From Candidatus Thorarchaeota archaeon (lineage in GTDB: Archaea; Asgardarchaeota; Thorarchaeia; Thorarchaeales; Thorarchaeaceae), in the NCBI GenBank assembly GCA_048882485.1, contig JBHLRP010000011.1, positions 8,015 to 72,014 on the forward strand: DNA of 64,000 nt, in the 5' to 3' direction. Of this stretch, positions 28,690 through 39,006 are shown piece after piece. A program made the translations under genes and the position numbers. The notes under the pieces were generated by a model that saw only the letters and a program-made list of their open reading frames with translations, ran no database searches and was not told where the DNA came from. Numbering within the stretch: the stretch's first letter is position 1; each line of letters begins with the position of its first letter.

Positions 28690-28794
28690 AAACTTAAAGG
28701 GTGGGAGTCTAATCGAAGAAACTCTTAAAGCATACACAAGCAACAAACGCTAAAGGGAATCTGCAGACTGACCAACGCTAGCGGAGTTATAAAA

Positions 28795-29826
28795 ATGCTA
28801 AACTTCAGGGAATTCTTCATGCAGAAGCTCCTCATCCTTTTGAGGCCATCCGACATCGACATGTCTGCGAAGGACTTTGTTTCTACTTACGCCTCCTACA
28901 TGGACTCTATCGGCATAGTTGGCAAAGGCCCAACAGGCCACGTCATTTACCCAAGCAGAACCGCTCCAGTCGATGCGGAACATACCCAGCTTTTCGAGGA
29001 CCTTGTGAGCTTGACAAGTACCCTGGATATTCACACTGTCGCTGGCATGGACTTCTATACAGATGCATGGTTTGCCAAGGACCCGAAGTATCATACGGTG
29101 TCTCCACGAGGCGAACCAATGCCACACCAGATCTGTCCCAACAGAGAGGAATTCTGGCAATATGGTGCTGAAATAGTAGGTGAGCTTGCAACCTATCCAA
29201 TCGACGAAATCTTGCTCTTTGGTGCCGGTTTCATTCGCGACCACTTCTGTTTTTGTGAACGCTGCAGGAATGATTTTGCACCAATGGTGGACCAAGAACC
29301 CGCTCGCCTCACTTACGACTATATCATTGAGAATGCTGACTACCATGCGAAATGGCACGAATGGCGCTCAAGCAAGGTGAGTGAGGGTCTGAAGTATCTA
29401 CAGGAGGCTGCTCGTGATGCAGATGACAAAGTCGGGAGAGAGAGTCCGCTCAGAATCTCTGTTGAGGTACTGCTTGATCCCGAAACCGGTTTCTCTGAGG
29501 GCGGCAAGGGTCAGTATGGGTATGATTACTCAAGTATCCTCGAAATCACCGGCAATGTTCTGATCAATATGTATCCTTGGAGTCCAATTCTCCCCACAAA
29601 AGGCTCGAGTGAATACGACGAATTGATTGAATCACTTTACTACACAAGCGAGTTCCAGCGTCGAGGTGGAACTGCATCACTTTTCCGTTGGGGCGTGACT
29701 ACTATTGATCAATTGCGCGAGCTAAAAGAGATTGGAAAGGATGCCAACATAGACCGTATGGTGACGACCTTCAGTTATCCAAGTGATTATTCCACTCGAC
29801 GCGAAAGTGCAATTGGGAGCTACTAG
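28795..29826 (+). CDS. TIM-barrel glycoside-hydrolase-like protein with Cys cluster
   Basis: ICPNREEF and FCFCERC Zn-type motif as in GH42/GHL10-like proteins; catalytic residues not assignable. Confidence 0.5.
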   Translation: MLNFREFFMQKLLILLRPSDIDMSAKDFVSTYASYMDSIGIVGKGPTGHVIYPSRTAPVDAEHTQLFEDLVSLTSTLDIHTVAGMDFYTDAWFAKDPKYHTVSPRGEPMPHQICPNREEFWQYGAEIVGELATYPIDEILLFGAGFIRDHFCFCERCRNDFAPMVDQEPARLTYDYIIENADYHAKWHEWRSSKVSEGLKYLQEAARDADDKVGRESPLRISVEVLLDPETGFSEGGKGQYGYDYSSILEITGNVLINMYPWSPILPTKGSSEYDELIESLYYTSEFQRRGGTASLFRWGVTTIDQLRELKEIGKDANIDRMVTTFSYPSDYSTRRESAIGSY

Positions 29827-29834
29827 TCTTTCTT

Positions 29835-30680
29835 TTATTGAGGCACACCACACCATGGACATACCTTTGTGCCAGCTCTGAATGTTCTGCCACAAGAGAA
29901 GCAAAATGTTCTATCTTCTCTACTCTCTGAACCATCGCTGAATGGACTAAGTTCTCCTTGAGAAAACAGTGAACCAACGCTTTTGTCAGGAGAACGAATG
30001 CGGCATGTTGATCCCTCAGTTTCGCAAGCATCTCCAAAGAGATTGCTCAGATCAGCATAGGAGTCGGACCTTTCTGGCTCCCCATAGGATGGTGCAGTTT
30101 CAATTGGCGTAGATGTTTCATGCCGACTCCACGAACTCTCTTCTCGCTCCGGATAGCTTCTTGGCTCCAAGGATCGATCTATTGTGTCGAAATCTCTGCG
30201 ATATTCGTCCCCACCATACCCTCTATCCACAGCAGGTCTGTTTGCCAGGGTTGAACCATAGCCATCATAGTCACTGCCAGAGCCTCTGTGACCTCGTGCA
30301 GACTCAATGAATCTGATGTGTGAATCGCTTTTCAATCGCTCGTATTCGTCTGGTGTAAGCCCAAGCATCTCGAGTGCTCTGTCTCTCTCTGCACATCTCT
30401 TTGACATCGGACAGCAGAAAGAAAGACTTGCATGACACAAAGACGCCATTGCTCTGTCTTGCCGCGATTTGAAGATAGGAGTTATCCTGCGCCTACCTAG
30501 AACGAGTGAGTCTCCACTCGCACGAAGTTCTGCATAACCACTCTGTGCAAGCGCCTCTACTATCTCTCTGGCTGGATAAGCTCTCCCCTCGATCACAACA
30601 TGTCCTTCAGTCTTATCTAATCGCACTGGGCGTTCAGCGTTTCTGCCGTCTTCACGGCTAGGATATCTCGTGATAGCCAC
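29835..30680 (-). CDS. Hypothetical protein: Cys-rich domain, S/G/Y/R disordered region, C-terminal zinc ribbon
   Basis: LCHASLSFCCPMSKRCAERDRALEMLGLTPDEY; C-terminal FCFSCG......VCPWCG. Confidence 0.7.
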   Translation of the reverse strand: MAITRYPSREDGRNAERPVRLDKTEGHVVIEGRAYPAREIVEALAQSGYAELRASGDSLVLGRRRITPIFKSRQDRAMASLCHASLSFCCPMSKRCAERDRALEMLGLTPDEYERLKSDSHIRFIESARGHRGSGSDYDGYGSTLANRPAVDRGYGGDEYRRDFDTIDRSLEPRSYPEREESSWSRHETSTPIETAPSYGEPERSDSYADLSNLFGDACETEGSTCRIRSPDKSVGSLFSQGELSPFSDGSESREDRTFCFSCGRTFRAGTKVCPWCGVPQ

Positions 30681-30822
30681 CTCTAGAAATTATGACTAAA
30701 TGTCATGTCCTAATGCTCTCTGTGCAATACAGGTGTATGTATTATCTGGGTCTGATACGCGATGGTTATATACCAGCATGGAGTCCCTACGGTTTACCTA
30801 TTCTTGTGGAGGAAAACTAGGA

Positions 30823-31182
30823 ATGGGCTGCAAAGCCGAAGGTGCTGCACAGGGATTCACTGTGCTAGGCGGTATTGTACTTGTAGTGATTGCAATCCAG
30901 ATGATCAACAGCGGCATCAATGCCCTTGGTGGAGATGGTTTGATTGATGTGATCGTAGGCATTGTGCTAATCCTAATGGTCGCACTCTCCTATGATGCAT
31001 GTGGTCTTATTCTTTGGAAGATGCGTCGAAACGGAGCCTATCTAACAGTATTCGGCTTGTTCTCGATTTTCATCGTACTGCGTCACTTCAGTTTCGAGCC
31101 AATTTTATGGTTGATGAACTCGGGAACATTGGCGGGATTCATGATTTTGATTGCAGGAATGCTTCTTCTCATTAGATCATAA
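30823..31182 (+). CDS. Small membrane protein (4 TM)
   Basis: Four hydrophobic helices; ATG 30823 after GGAGG within ORF 30700-31182. Confidence 0.65.
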   Translation: MGCKAEGAAQGFTVLGGIVLVVIAIQMINSGINALGGDGLIDVIVGIVLILMVALSYDACGLILWKMRRNGAYLTVFGLFSIFIVLRHFSFEPILWLMNSGTLAGFMILIAGMLLLIRS

Positions 31183-31338
31183 TAATAGAAGTGAACAAGA
31201 AAGCACTAGCTGGAGAAGGAGGGCCTATTGGTCCTCCTACCAAAACAGCAAGGGGACAACAAAGGAAAACGCTGTCAATCGAATTGAAAAAGCAATCAAG
31301 GAATCGGCTCTGACGGTCTGGTCCAAAAAGAAAGAAGA

Positions 31339-31370
31339 CTCATCTCCTGACTTCTAGAGTCGGAGATGAG
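31339..31370 (-). terminator. Hairpin plus T-rich tract downstream of 31381-31740
   Basis: CTCATCTCC-TGACT...AGTC-GGAGATGAG; the minus strand continues TCTTCTTTCTTTTT. Confidence 0.6.
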
Positions 31371-31380
31371 CATCCTATGT

Positions 31381-31740
31381 CTAGAGAAGCCAGAGAATTG
31401 CACCCAGAATGACTAGAATACCACCCAGGTCGCTAGTGAACAGAATCATCAGAATTCCCATGATTAGGACTACGATGAATTTGTTCGTTTTTCCAAAGTC
31501 GAGTGCACTGATTTTTAGGAATCCACTGTTCACCAAAGCTATCAGTGAAAAGAGGATCGCTAGAATACCCATTATCAAGGGGTCAAGAAAGCCTGCAAGC
31601 AGGTTAACGAATCCAAATGGACTCCCTATAACCTTAAGGATTCCCTGGATTAGACCAACAAGTGCACCTAGGAGTACCAGAAGGTCTCCAATCTTCTTTA
31701 GATCTGCCATTGAAATTATCTCCTCTATCTGCCTCTCCAC
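31381..31740 (-). CDS. Small membrane protein (about 4 TM)
   Basis: Very hydrophobic; ends LGGILVILGAILWLL, similar to the convergent neighbour's LAGFMILIAGMLLLI. Confidence 0.7.
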   Translation of the reverse strand: MERQIEEIISMADLKKIGDLLVLLGALVGLIQGILKVIGSPFGFVNLLAGFLDPLIMGILAILFSLIALVNSGFLKISALDFGKTNKFIVVLIMGILMILFTSDLGGILVILGAILWLL

Positions 31741-31974
31741 AATTCATTTAGACGCTCAGTTCCTTTGGATGAATGGTACTTTATCATGGTGCTCGCTGTG
31801 GGTGCATGCCCAAAATTCACCCAACATCACATCACTCCAAATGATTAGGGATATTTCAGCTCGAATTCTTTCTTCTATTTAATCTAACCGGATGATGGGC
31901 TCTCATAGACTGCAACAAATCATACGTTTTATCTGAGCATAAATGGCAATGCAATACTACCGCCATGCTCGCTA

Positions 31975-33135
31975 TTGAGTAGACAGAGGTCCGAATATTC
32001 TATGAGGAATGAGAAGAGAGTCTTATCACTTGCCAAGAAACTGATTGCTGCTAACTCTGAGAACCCCCCCGGAAGGGAGAGAGAAGTGGCAGAGGTTCTT
32101 CTCTCACATTTTGAGCCTTATGGGATTCATCGCACTCAGGTCGGTTCTGATGATAGACCTAACCTCGTCTTCTCAACGCACGATGGTGAAATGGGATCGC
32201 TTGTCCTTCATGGGCATATGGATACAGTTCCTGCTGGCCCTAGAGAGAAGTGGGAACATGATCCTTTTGGTTGTGAGGTAGTCGATGGACGCCTGTATGG
32301 TAGAGGCGCAGCTGATATGAAGGGGCCTTTGGCAGCTTTAGCTGAAGCTATGATTCTATACAAAAAGGCAAATCACAAGGAGCCGCTTCTTTTACTCGCT
32401 ACATCCAACGAAGAGAATGGCCTTCTTGGGGCGGAAGAGGTTGCGAACTCAGGAATCATGCGGGGCGTTAAATATGGAGTATGCGCAGAACCGACAAGCC
32501 TGCAGCTCTTTTTGGGAGTGAAAGGAGTTGTATGGGTAAAAGTCACTGCAACAGGAAAAACAGGCCACAGTTCTCGTCCTGACACAGGCAATAATGCCAT
32601 CGATTTATGCATCCAAGCAATTCATGTATTGACGCATGGAGATTATCCATGTGAACCCGATGCGCTATTGGGAGAATATACAATGAATGTGGGGAAGATA
32701 GAGGGCGGTACACAGCAGGGAGTCATTCCTGAATCCTGTGAAGCTCTAATTGACATGCGGATAGTAAAAGGCCAGACACCCGAGTCAATCATGGATCTAA
32801 TGAGGCGCCACCTAGATGATGCAGGCATCGGGCAGTACATCTCGATTGAGAATTACAATAGTTCCTACACCACAATAACTCCCTTTGATTCCAAGATTGT
32901 GAAGTTCGCCACCAGAGCCATTGAGGATTTGACGGGATCGCAACCCACACTAGGTGTAGCTACATATGGGAGCGATGCGTCGGTGCTTCAAAACCGAATT
33001 GGAATTTCTAACATAATTTATGGTCCTGGCTCGATCGCTCAAGCCCATCAACCCAATGAGTACATAGAGATTGATGAGCTTTTGAAGTCAATAGATGTGT
33101 ATCTTCATATTGCACGTGCATTTATTGAGCAATAG
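31975..33135 (+). CDS. M20 metallopeptidase/deacylase (ArgE/DapE/LysK family)
   Basis: HGHMDTVP, GRGAADMKG, NEE, AEPT, GHSS, GPGSIAQAHQPNE. Confidence 0.92.
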   Translation: MSRQRSEYSMRNEKRVLSLAKKLIAANSENPPGREREVAEVLLSHFEPYGIHRTQVGSDDRPNLVFSTHDGEMGSLVLHGHMDTVPAGPREKWEHDPFGCEVVDGRLYGRGAADMKGPLAALAEAMILYKKANHKEPLLLLATSNEENGLLGAEEVANSGIMRGVKYGVCAEPTSLQLFLGVKGVVWVKVTATGKTGHSSRPDTGNNAIDLCIQAIHVLTHGDYPCEPDALLGEYTMNVGKIEGGTQQGVIPESCEALIDMRIVKGQTPESIMDLMRRHLDDAGIGQYISIENYNSSYTTITPFDSKIVKFATRAIEDLTGSQPTLGVATYGSDASVLQNRIGISNIIYGPGSIAQAHQPNEYIEIDELLKSIDVYLHIARAFIEQ

Positions 33136-33204
33136 CGGAATCCACAAATTAGATAATGGGGTGATACGCCCAGCGCTCTTGTCCCATCACGGAAGTGACA
33201 TACG

Positions 33205-34554
33205 ATGGATGAGAAGCATATTGGAATTCTCAAAGAACTTGGTTTCGAAGATATCGATTCAGCTAAAATGACAAATGACTATTGGAAGCAGAGAGGCGCA
33301 GATGCTCTGGCTATCACAACTCAGGACAGAGATGTATATGGCTGCCTTGATCACACTGTTGGTGATGGCGTACTAATCTATGATATTGAAGGTACGGAGT
33401 ACCTGGATATAACCGGAGGAGTTGCTGTCCGTGCTTTTGGCTTAAGGTACAAACCCTATCTAGAATTCCAGAATCGCATAGTGGATGTTGTGCATGAATT
33501 TCCTGGAATGGATTTTGATGCGATTCCTCAGACGCTTCTTGCCGAGAAGCTAGCCAAGATTACACCTGGGGACCATAAGAAGCGGGTTGCATTCACCACG
33601 TCCGGAGGACGTGCTGTAGAGGGATGTATGAAATCGGCTATGGACCTGTCAGGGAAGCGAAGATTTGTCACTTTCAGGCCAGCTTTTCATGGCCGAACAG
33701 GGTACGCTCTCGCTCTGACTTCAACAAACTCCAAACACAAGTCGGGTTTCCCGCAAGGAGTTGATGTAATTCGAGTTTTCTATCCCTACTGTTACCGATG
33801 TCCGTATGGTCAGAATGTAGAGGACTGCAATCTTGAGTGTGTGGAGGCTCTTCGCTATGCTCTCCAAGTCGAAGGTGATGATATTGCGGCAACTGTCATG
33901 GAGCCAATTGCGGGAGAAGGAGGATTGATAGTTCCGCCAGCCAAGGCTGTCAAAGGCATCTATGAGGTCACTAAGGAGTTTGGCGCATATTTCATGTCCG
34001 ACGAGGTCCAAGCCGGAATGGGCCGTACAGGAAAGTGGTGTGCAGTAGAAAATCATGGAGTGGTTCCTGATTTCATCTCCATGGCAAAGGCCCTAGGCGG
34101 TGGCTATCCTATGGGTGCATCCATTGGCCCAGTTCCAATGTACACTAGCGGTGCAAGACATTCTGAAACTTTCTCTGCTGAGCCTAAGATGTCCTTGTTA
34201 TCCCTCTGGATATTGAAGCATATAGAAGACGGCGACTATTTGAGGAAGAACGCAGAGAAAGGTGCATACCTCTTGAAGCAGCTCAAGGAGCTTGTAGATA
34301 AACATGAAGTTGCTGGCGATGCCCGTGGAATTGGGCTAATGGTTGGAATTGAGTTTGTGAAGGACAAGAAGTCAAAGGAGAAGGCCCCCAAACTCCGTGA
34401 TAAGCTTCTCAAGAACTTGGTCCAGAAACAGAAGCTATGGGTGTTGGGCTGTGGACAAAACGTCATACGGATCACACCTAGTTATGTGATTACCAAGGAA
34501 AATATCGATGATGCTGTAGAGCGACTTGATAAGGCAATTACCGAGGAGAGCTAA
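33205..34554 (+). CDS. Class III PLP aminotransferase (ornithine/acetylornithine/4-aminobutyrate family)
   Basis: AFHGRT, EPIAGEGG, DEVQAGMGRTG, SMAKALGGG (PLP Lys). Confidence 0.92.
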   Translation: MDEKHIGILKELGFEDIDSAKMTNDYWKQRGADALAITTQDRDVYGCLDHTVGDGVLIYDIEGTEYLDITGGVAVRAFGLRYKPYLEFQNRIVDVVHEFPGMDFDAIPQTLLAEKLAKITPGDHKKRVAFTTSGGRAVEGCMKSAMDLSGKRRFVTFRPAFHGRTGYALALTSTNSKHKSGFPQGVDVIRVFYPYCYRCPYGQNVEDCNLECVEALRYALQVEGDDIAATVMEPIAGEGGLIVPPAKAVKGIYEVTKEFGAYFMSDEVQAGMGRTGKWCAVENHGVVPDFISMAKALGGGYPMGASIGPVPMYTSGARHSETFSAEPKMSLLSLWILKHIEDGDYLRKNAEKGAYLLKQLKELVDKHEVAGDARGIGLMVGIEFVKDKKSKEKAPKLRDKLLKNLVQKQKLWVLGCGQNVIRITPSYVITKENIDDAVERLDKAITEES

Positions 34555-34635
34555 TCCGCAAAAATTGCGCTGGCAGCGGCAACCTTATCATTTGATTCTA
34601 GGTTTACTGTAGTGTGACCTATAGATAGCTGGGAA

Positions 34636-35973
34636 ATGAAACGAATGGATACACCTTCAAGCCAATCACAACCACAAAACATCACAGCTGGCCACGATGG
34701 CGTGTTGGAGATTGAGGGTGACATCGATCCTGATTTCTCAATCCCGGATGACGCTAGGATTCTGATTATCAGCCAAGACCAAACCTTTCTGACGCATGGT
34801 ATTCACAAATTTCCAGCGAAATTCTTCCCCGAACTTCCGAGATATCTGATTAAGCGATATTCGGAGCCAGGTCAGATTGTGCTCGATCCAATGTGTGGCA
34901 GCGGGACCGTTGTTTTGGAGGCTATTCTGTCTGAGAGAACTGGAGTTGGCATCGATATTGATCCTATGGCGCGTCTCATAACAAAAGTAAAGACAACTCC
35001 AATTGAACATGATATTCTGCACTCTGCTGCAAATAACCTGATGCAACTAGTCCATCAGCGGAATACATCAGGTTATATCACTCCATCCATTCCCCAATTC
35101 AATTACAGAGATACATGGTTCAAAGACTTCGTGCTACGAGAACTTGCTATCATTCGTGAATCAATTATTGATCTGAAGTTATCCAAGGGGAGCAACCCTC
35201 GGGATTTCATGAGAGTTGTTTTTTCATCCATAATTCGCGATGTGTCAAATGCTGATCCTCACTGCACTCGAACTGTCATCAGAAAGAATTTAGAAAAGAA
35301 GATATCGCCAGGTGAGGTCATTACTAGGTTTGCCAATGCGCTTTCAAAGCAAATCCGCGCCATGCATGATTTCTCAGAAGTGTGCAAGTCCATGAATGTT
35401 GGCGATGTACAGATTCCTGACGGCATAGCCACACAGACTGGCCTTGGAGATGATTCTATTGATTTGGCTGTGACCTCGCCGCCCTACATTAACGCAGTTG
35501 ATTATCCTCGCACTCACCAGCTTGAGATGTATTGGCTGGACCTAGTGGAGGATGGCCCTCTCTCGAATATGAAGCGGAAGTATATTGGCACTGAAACTGT
35601 CTACAAGGATGAATATTCGCAGTTAAAGGTTTCAGGATTCGAATCACTGGATCCACTTCTTGAGAGAATCTTCAATAGGGACCCGCGTCGGTCTTTCATT
35701 ATCTTCAAGTTCTTTGAGGATATGAAAGAACAGCTCAAAGAAACCTTCCGTGTCCTCCATCCTGGGAGTCACTACTGTGTGGCTATTGGCAATAATGTTA
35801 TCCGAGGCAATTTAGTTGAGTCACACAGGATACTGGAGGAGATTGCTACTTCTGATGATGTGGGATTTATGATTGAGAAGACGTTCTTTTCAGGTGTAAT
35901 CCGCCATTTCATCAAAATTCCGCGAAAAGAGCGAATGGCTGGAGAATGGATTTTGGTTTTGAGGAAGCCCTAG
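34636..35973 (+). CDS. DNA amino-methyltransferase (N4-cytosine type)
   Basis: THGIHKFPAKF, motif I DPMCGSGT preceding catalytic TSPPY. Confidence 0.88.
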   Translation: MKRMDTPSSQSQPQNITAGHDGVLEIEGDIDPDFSIPDDARILIISQDQTFLTHGIHKFPAKFFPELPRYLIKRYSEPGQIVLDPMCGSGTVVLEAILSERTGVGIDIDPMARLITKVKTTPIEHDILHSAANNLMQLVHQRNTSGYITPSIPQFNYRDTWFKDFVLRELAIIRESIIDLKLSKGSNPRDFMRVVFSSIIRDVSNADPHCTRTVIRKNLEKKISPGEVITRFANALSKQIRAMHDFSEVCKSMNVGDVQIPDGIATQTGLGDDSIDLAVTSPPYINAVDYPRTHQLEMYWLDLVEDGPLSNMKRKYIGTETVYKDEYSQLKVSGFESLDPLLERIFNRDPRRSFIIFKFFEDMKEQLKETFRVLHPGSHYCVAIGNNVIRGNLVESHRILEEIATSDDVGFMIEKTFFSGVIRHFIKIPRKERMAGEWILVLRKP

Positions 35974-35980
35974 GATTGCT

Positions 35981-36736
35981 CTACTTGTCAACTGGCCACA
36001 TGAATTGCCGGATACCTTCGATAATCTCATTCATCACTCCTAGGGAATCCGACACTCCTCCTGGCACCTCCATACTATGATTTGCATCATCAACAACCAC
36101 AAGATTTCCTGCTGTGGCACTCTTGACCTGATTAAGGATGTCTTTATCGTAATGGGAATCGGATGTGCCTATGATGAATATGGAATTAGGGTGGTACTTG
36201 GTGATCTGCATCACTAGATGTGGCATCTTAATGAGCGGCGTATGCCATATCACTTTGCAATTCCTAGTTTCTGAGAATGTATCTAGAAGGTGACCAATAG
36301 CAAGTGTACCAAGGGACTTCCCAACAAGAACTCTGACTTCAGCATCTATCTGATCTATAGCTGCCTTGTAAGCCTCCTCAACATCACTGTAGAGCCACCT
36401 TTGTCTGTCCTCCCATTCTAGACTATTGAAATCCTGATTATTCCAATAGGCATAATCAACACTGAGCACACTAACTCGATTCTCGAGCAATAGGCTAATT
36501 GTGTAGTGAAGTAGTGGGCCTTGCGACGTATAGCCTCTACCAGGGAAGACTAGAGCAATTTTATCGCCAAATCCTTTAAGTTTGAGATAGGTATTTGGTA
36601 TCTGCTTTCCATCGTATCCTGTGATCTCGATGCTCTCAAACGAATACATGAGATGTAGCTGTTCTCTCTTGTACATAAGAACTGTGGAGGTTCCCCCGAA
36701 GACGATGGAATACGAATCCTTATTTGTCAAAATCAC
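35981..36736 (-). CDS. Alpha/beta hydrolase
   Basis: FPGRGY oxyanion loop, GKSLG nucleophile elbow, GTSD, ANHS. Confidence 0.85.
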   Translation of the reverse strand: MILTNKDSYSIVFGGTSTVLMYKREQLHLMYSFESIEITGYDGKQIPNTYLKLKGFGDKIALVFPGRGYTSQGPLLHYTISLLLENRVSVLSVDYAYWNNQDFNSLEWEDRQRWLYSDVEEAYKAAIDQIDAEVRVLVGKSLGTLAIGHLLDTFSETRNCKVIWHTPLIKMPHLVMQITKYHPNSIFIIGTSDSHYDKDILNQVKSATAGNLVVVDDANHSMEVPGGVSDSLGVMNEIIEGIRQFMWPVDK

Positions 36737-36798
36737 AGGAGAACTTCAGCACAATCAGGAGGTATGATAGAACATGGTGACTACTTTAAGGTGGGATC

Positions 36799-37032
36799 GT
36801 GTTTGCACAGCGCTCATTCTTAGCTCTACCTCCGTCTGCGAAGTTCTTGTACGTGCTGCTTAAGAACAGGCGCCGGATGACCCGGCAAGACCTGATCAGC
36901 AACACCTTCTTGCCTCCCAGGACAGTGAACTATGGCCTCAGTCGGTTGAAGGACCTAGGTCTTATCCAGGAGCATGAACATGGAACGGACAAGCGGATGG
37001 CGGTCTATGAGCTAATTTCGGCGCCGATGTGA
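36799..37032 (+). CDS. Small winged-helix transcription regulator (MarR/TrmB-like)
   Basis: LPPSAKFLY..MTRQDL..LPPRTVNYGLSRL..GLI. Confidence 0.8.
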   Translation: MFAQRSFLALPPSAKFLYVLLKNRRRMTRQDLISNTFLPPRTVNYGLSRLKDLGLIQEHEHGTDKRMAVYELISAPM

Positions 37033-37176
37033 GCTAGTATGTAAAAGGAACGATATCTCTGAGGCTTGCTCGGAGATGTCGTTTCGGATTTCTTGAACTG
37101 CTTTCCGACACTTGTGCCAAAAGCCTCATAATGAAATCATGGAGGATTCTGTTCTGGAATACTGAGGCGATATCAG

Positions 37177-38535
37177 ATGGACTTCTACAGCGATGCAGGT
37201 GTCGAGCCGATAGGCGAAGAAATCCGTACTCACTTCTGCACTGAGATCACAGCAGAGATCGCAGATGCGGAAGTCATCGTTATGGGCTGGGTTCATATTC
37301 TGCGTGATAAGGGGAAGATAAAGTTCCTTGTCCTTCGAGATGAACAAGGCCAGTGCCAAGTCACTATTCCTCAGGCGAAGGTTTCTGAGGAAGTCTTTGA
37401 GGTCTCTGGACAACTAAAACCAGAGTATGCAGTGGCTGTGACAGGCAAAGTTGTAGCCGCCAAGCAAGTCGCTTCAGGTGCTGAGATTATTCCCACTAAG
37501 ATTCGAATCATCAATACAGCTCAACGTCTGCCAATCGATGTTGTAGAGGGGAAGGTGGATATTGATCTGGATACGCGCCTCAACCACAGAATTCTCGATC
37601 TTCGGAAGCCTTCAATCAACGCTATCTTTCGGATTCAACACTCATTGGTGCGATTTGCACGTGAATATCTTGAGTCAAATGGGTTTGTAGAGATTCACAC
37701 TCCAAAAATTGTAGCCGAAGCCACAGAGGGAGGAGCAAACCTGTTCGAGATCAAATACTTCGATAAGAAGGCATACCTGGCTCAGAGTCCACAGTTCTAT
37801 AAACAGCTGATGCTGCTGGCTGGATTCGGAAGGGTCTTTGAAATCGCTCCAGTGTTTCGAGCTGAGAAACACAACACAAGACGCCATGTGAATGAGTATA
37901 CGTCGTTCGACTTTGAGATGGCATGGATAACCGATGTGGATGATGTCATGAAGATGGAAGAGAGGATGCTCAATCATTCCTTCAAGAAGACCTCCAAGGC
38001 TGCAGCAGACGAATTAGAACTTCTTGATATCGAGCTGGTTGTACCAAAGTTGCCCTTCAAGAGAATCAAATATGCTGAAGCGATTGACCTTCTCAACAGT
38101 GAAGGAAAAGAGATGGCAGTCACTGATGACATTGACCCAGAGGCTGAGCGCCTGCTAGGAAAGATATTCCCCGAGAAATTTGGGACTGATATGGTTTTCT
38201 TGACGCATTATCCATTGGAGCTTAGGCCTGCATACACAATGCCGAGTATGACGGATGAGGGGATGACTGAGAGTTTCGACCTGACATACAAAGGCATGGA
38301 GATTACAACGGGAGGTCAGCGAATTCATATCTATGACCTTTTGGTTGAGCGATTCAGGGCCAAAGGCTTCAATCCTGACGCTTTTGCTTTCTACCTAGAC
38401 CCATTCAAGTATGGTGCACCCCCACATGGAGGATTGGGCCTCGGTGTTGAACGACTCACTATGCAGCTGCTGGGGATTGAAAATGTTCGCGAGGCTACTC
38501 TTCTTCCTCGAGACCGAGACCGAATCACGCCTTGA
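37177..38535 (+). CDS. aspS: Aspartate-tRNA ligase (archaeal type)
   Basis: GWVH OB fold, RILDLR, ATEGGA, LAQSPQFYKQ, FRAE, GGQRIH, PPHGGLGLGVERL. Confidence 0.97.
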   Translation: MDFYSDAGVEPIGEEIRTHFCTEITAEIADAEVIVMGWVHILRDKGKIKFLVLRDEQGQCQVTIPQAKVSEEVFEVSGQLKPEYAVAVTGKVVAAKQVASGAEIIPTKIRIINTAQRLPIDVVEGKVDIDLDTRLNHRILDLRKPSINAIFRIQHSLVRFAREYLESNGFVEIHTPKIVAEATEGGANLFEIKYFDKKAYLAQSPQFYKQLMLLAGFGRVFEIAPVFRAEKHNTRRHVNEYTSFDFEMAWITDVDDVMKMEERMLNHSFKKTSKAAADELELLDIELVVPKLPFKRIKYAEAIDLLNSEGKEMAVTDDIDPEAERLLGKIFPEKFGTDMVFLTHYPLELRPAYTMPSMTDEGMTESFDLTYKGMEITTGGQRIHIYDLLVERFRAKGFNPDAFAFYLDPFKYGAPPHGGLGLGVERLTMQLLGIENVREATLLPRDRDRITP

Positions 38536-38658
38536 TTGACAGAATACATTCTTGATGTCCGGTGATTAAAAGAATCATCCTTTACATGCAGCTACTTGCG
38601 TCAATTCAAAGCTATAAATTCTGTATTCAAGCCCGCGGATGACAAGGTGAAATTGCTA

Positions 38659-38877
38659 ATGCAAACAAGATTGAAGATATCATTGGGCGGAACTTTGGTT
38701 CTGTTGTCGATTTTCTTTGGCGTAGCTGCATCGGAGATAATTGCATACCTCAATACAACTACATCATCAATGCTGGGACTACCTACCATAATTGCATTCT
38801 TCTTGGGCATAGCATTGGTATGTGGATTCATTGGATTCTATCTCTTATCGGAGATGGCAGTGAGCAAGCAGAGCTGA
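38659..38877 (+). CDS. Small two-TM membrane protein upstream of the ESCRT locus
   Basis: Two hydrophobic helices; ATG 38659 after AAGGTGA within ORF 38596-38877. Confidence 0.55.
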   Translation: MQTRLKISLGGTLVLLSIFFGVAASEIIAYLNTTTSSMLGLPTIIAFFLGIALVCGFIGFYLLSEMAVSKQS

Positions 38878-39006
38878 GGTCCCACGAATTAATTCAGAGG
38901 GCAGTGTGCCCTCCCTATTCTCCCTCAAATATACCTGATAATACTCTCTCTTATAGTAGCAGTAGACCATTCTCAACCAATAGTCCATTCTGGACTAAAC
39001 ACTTGA

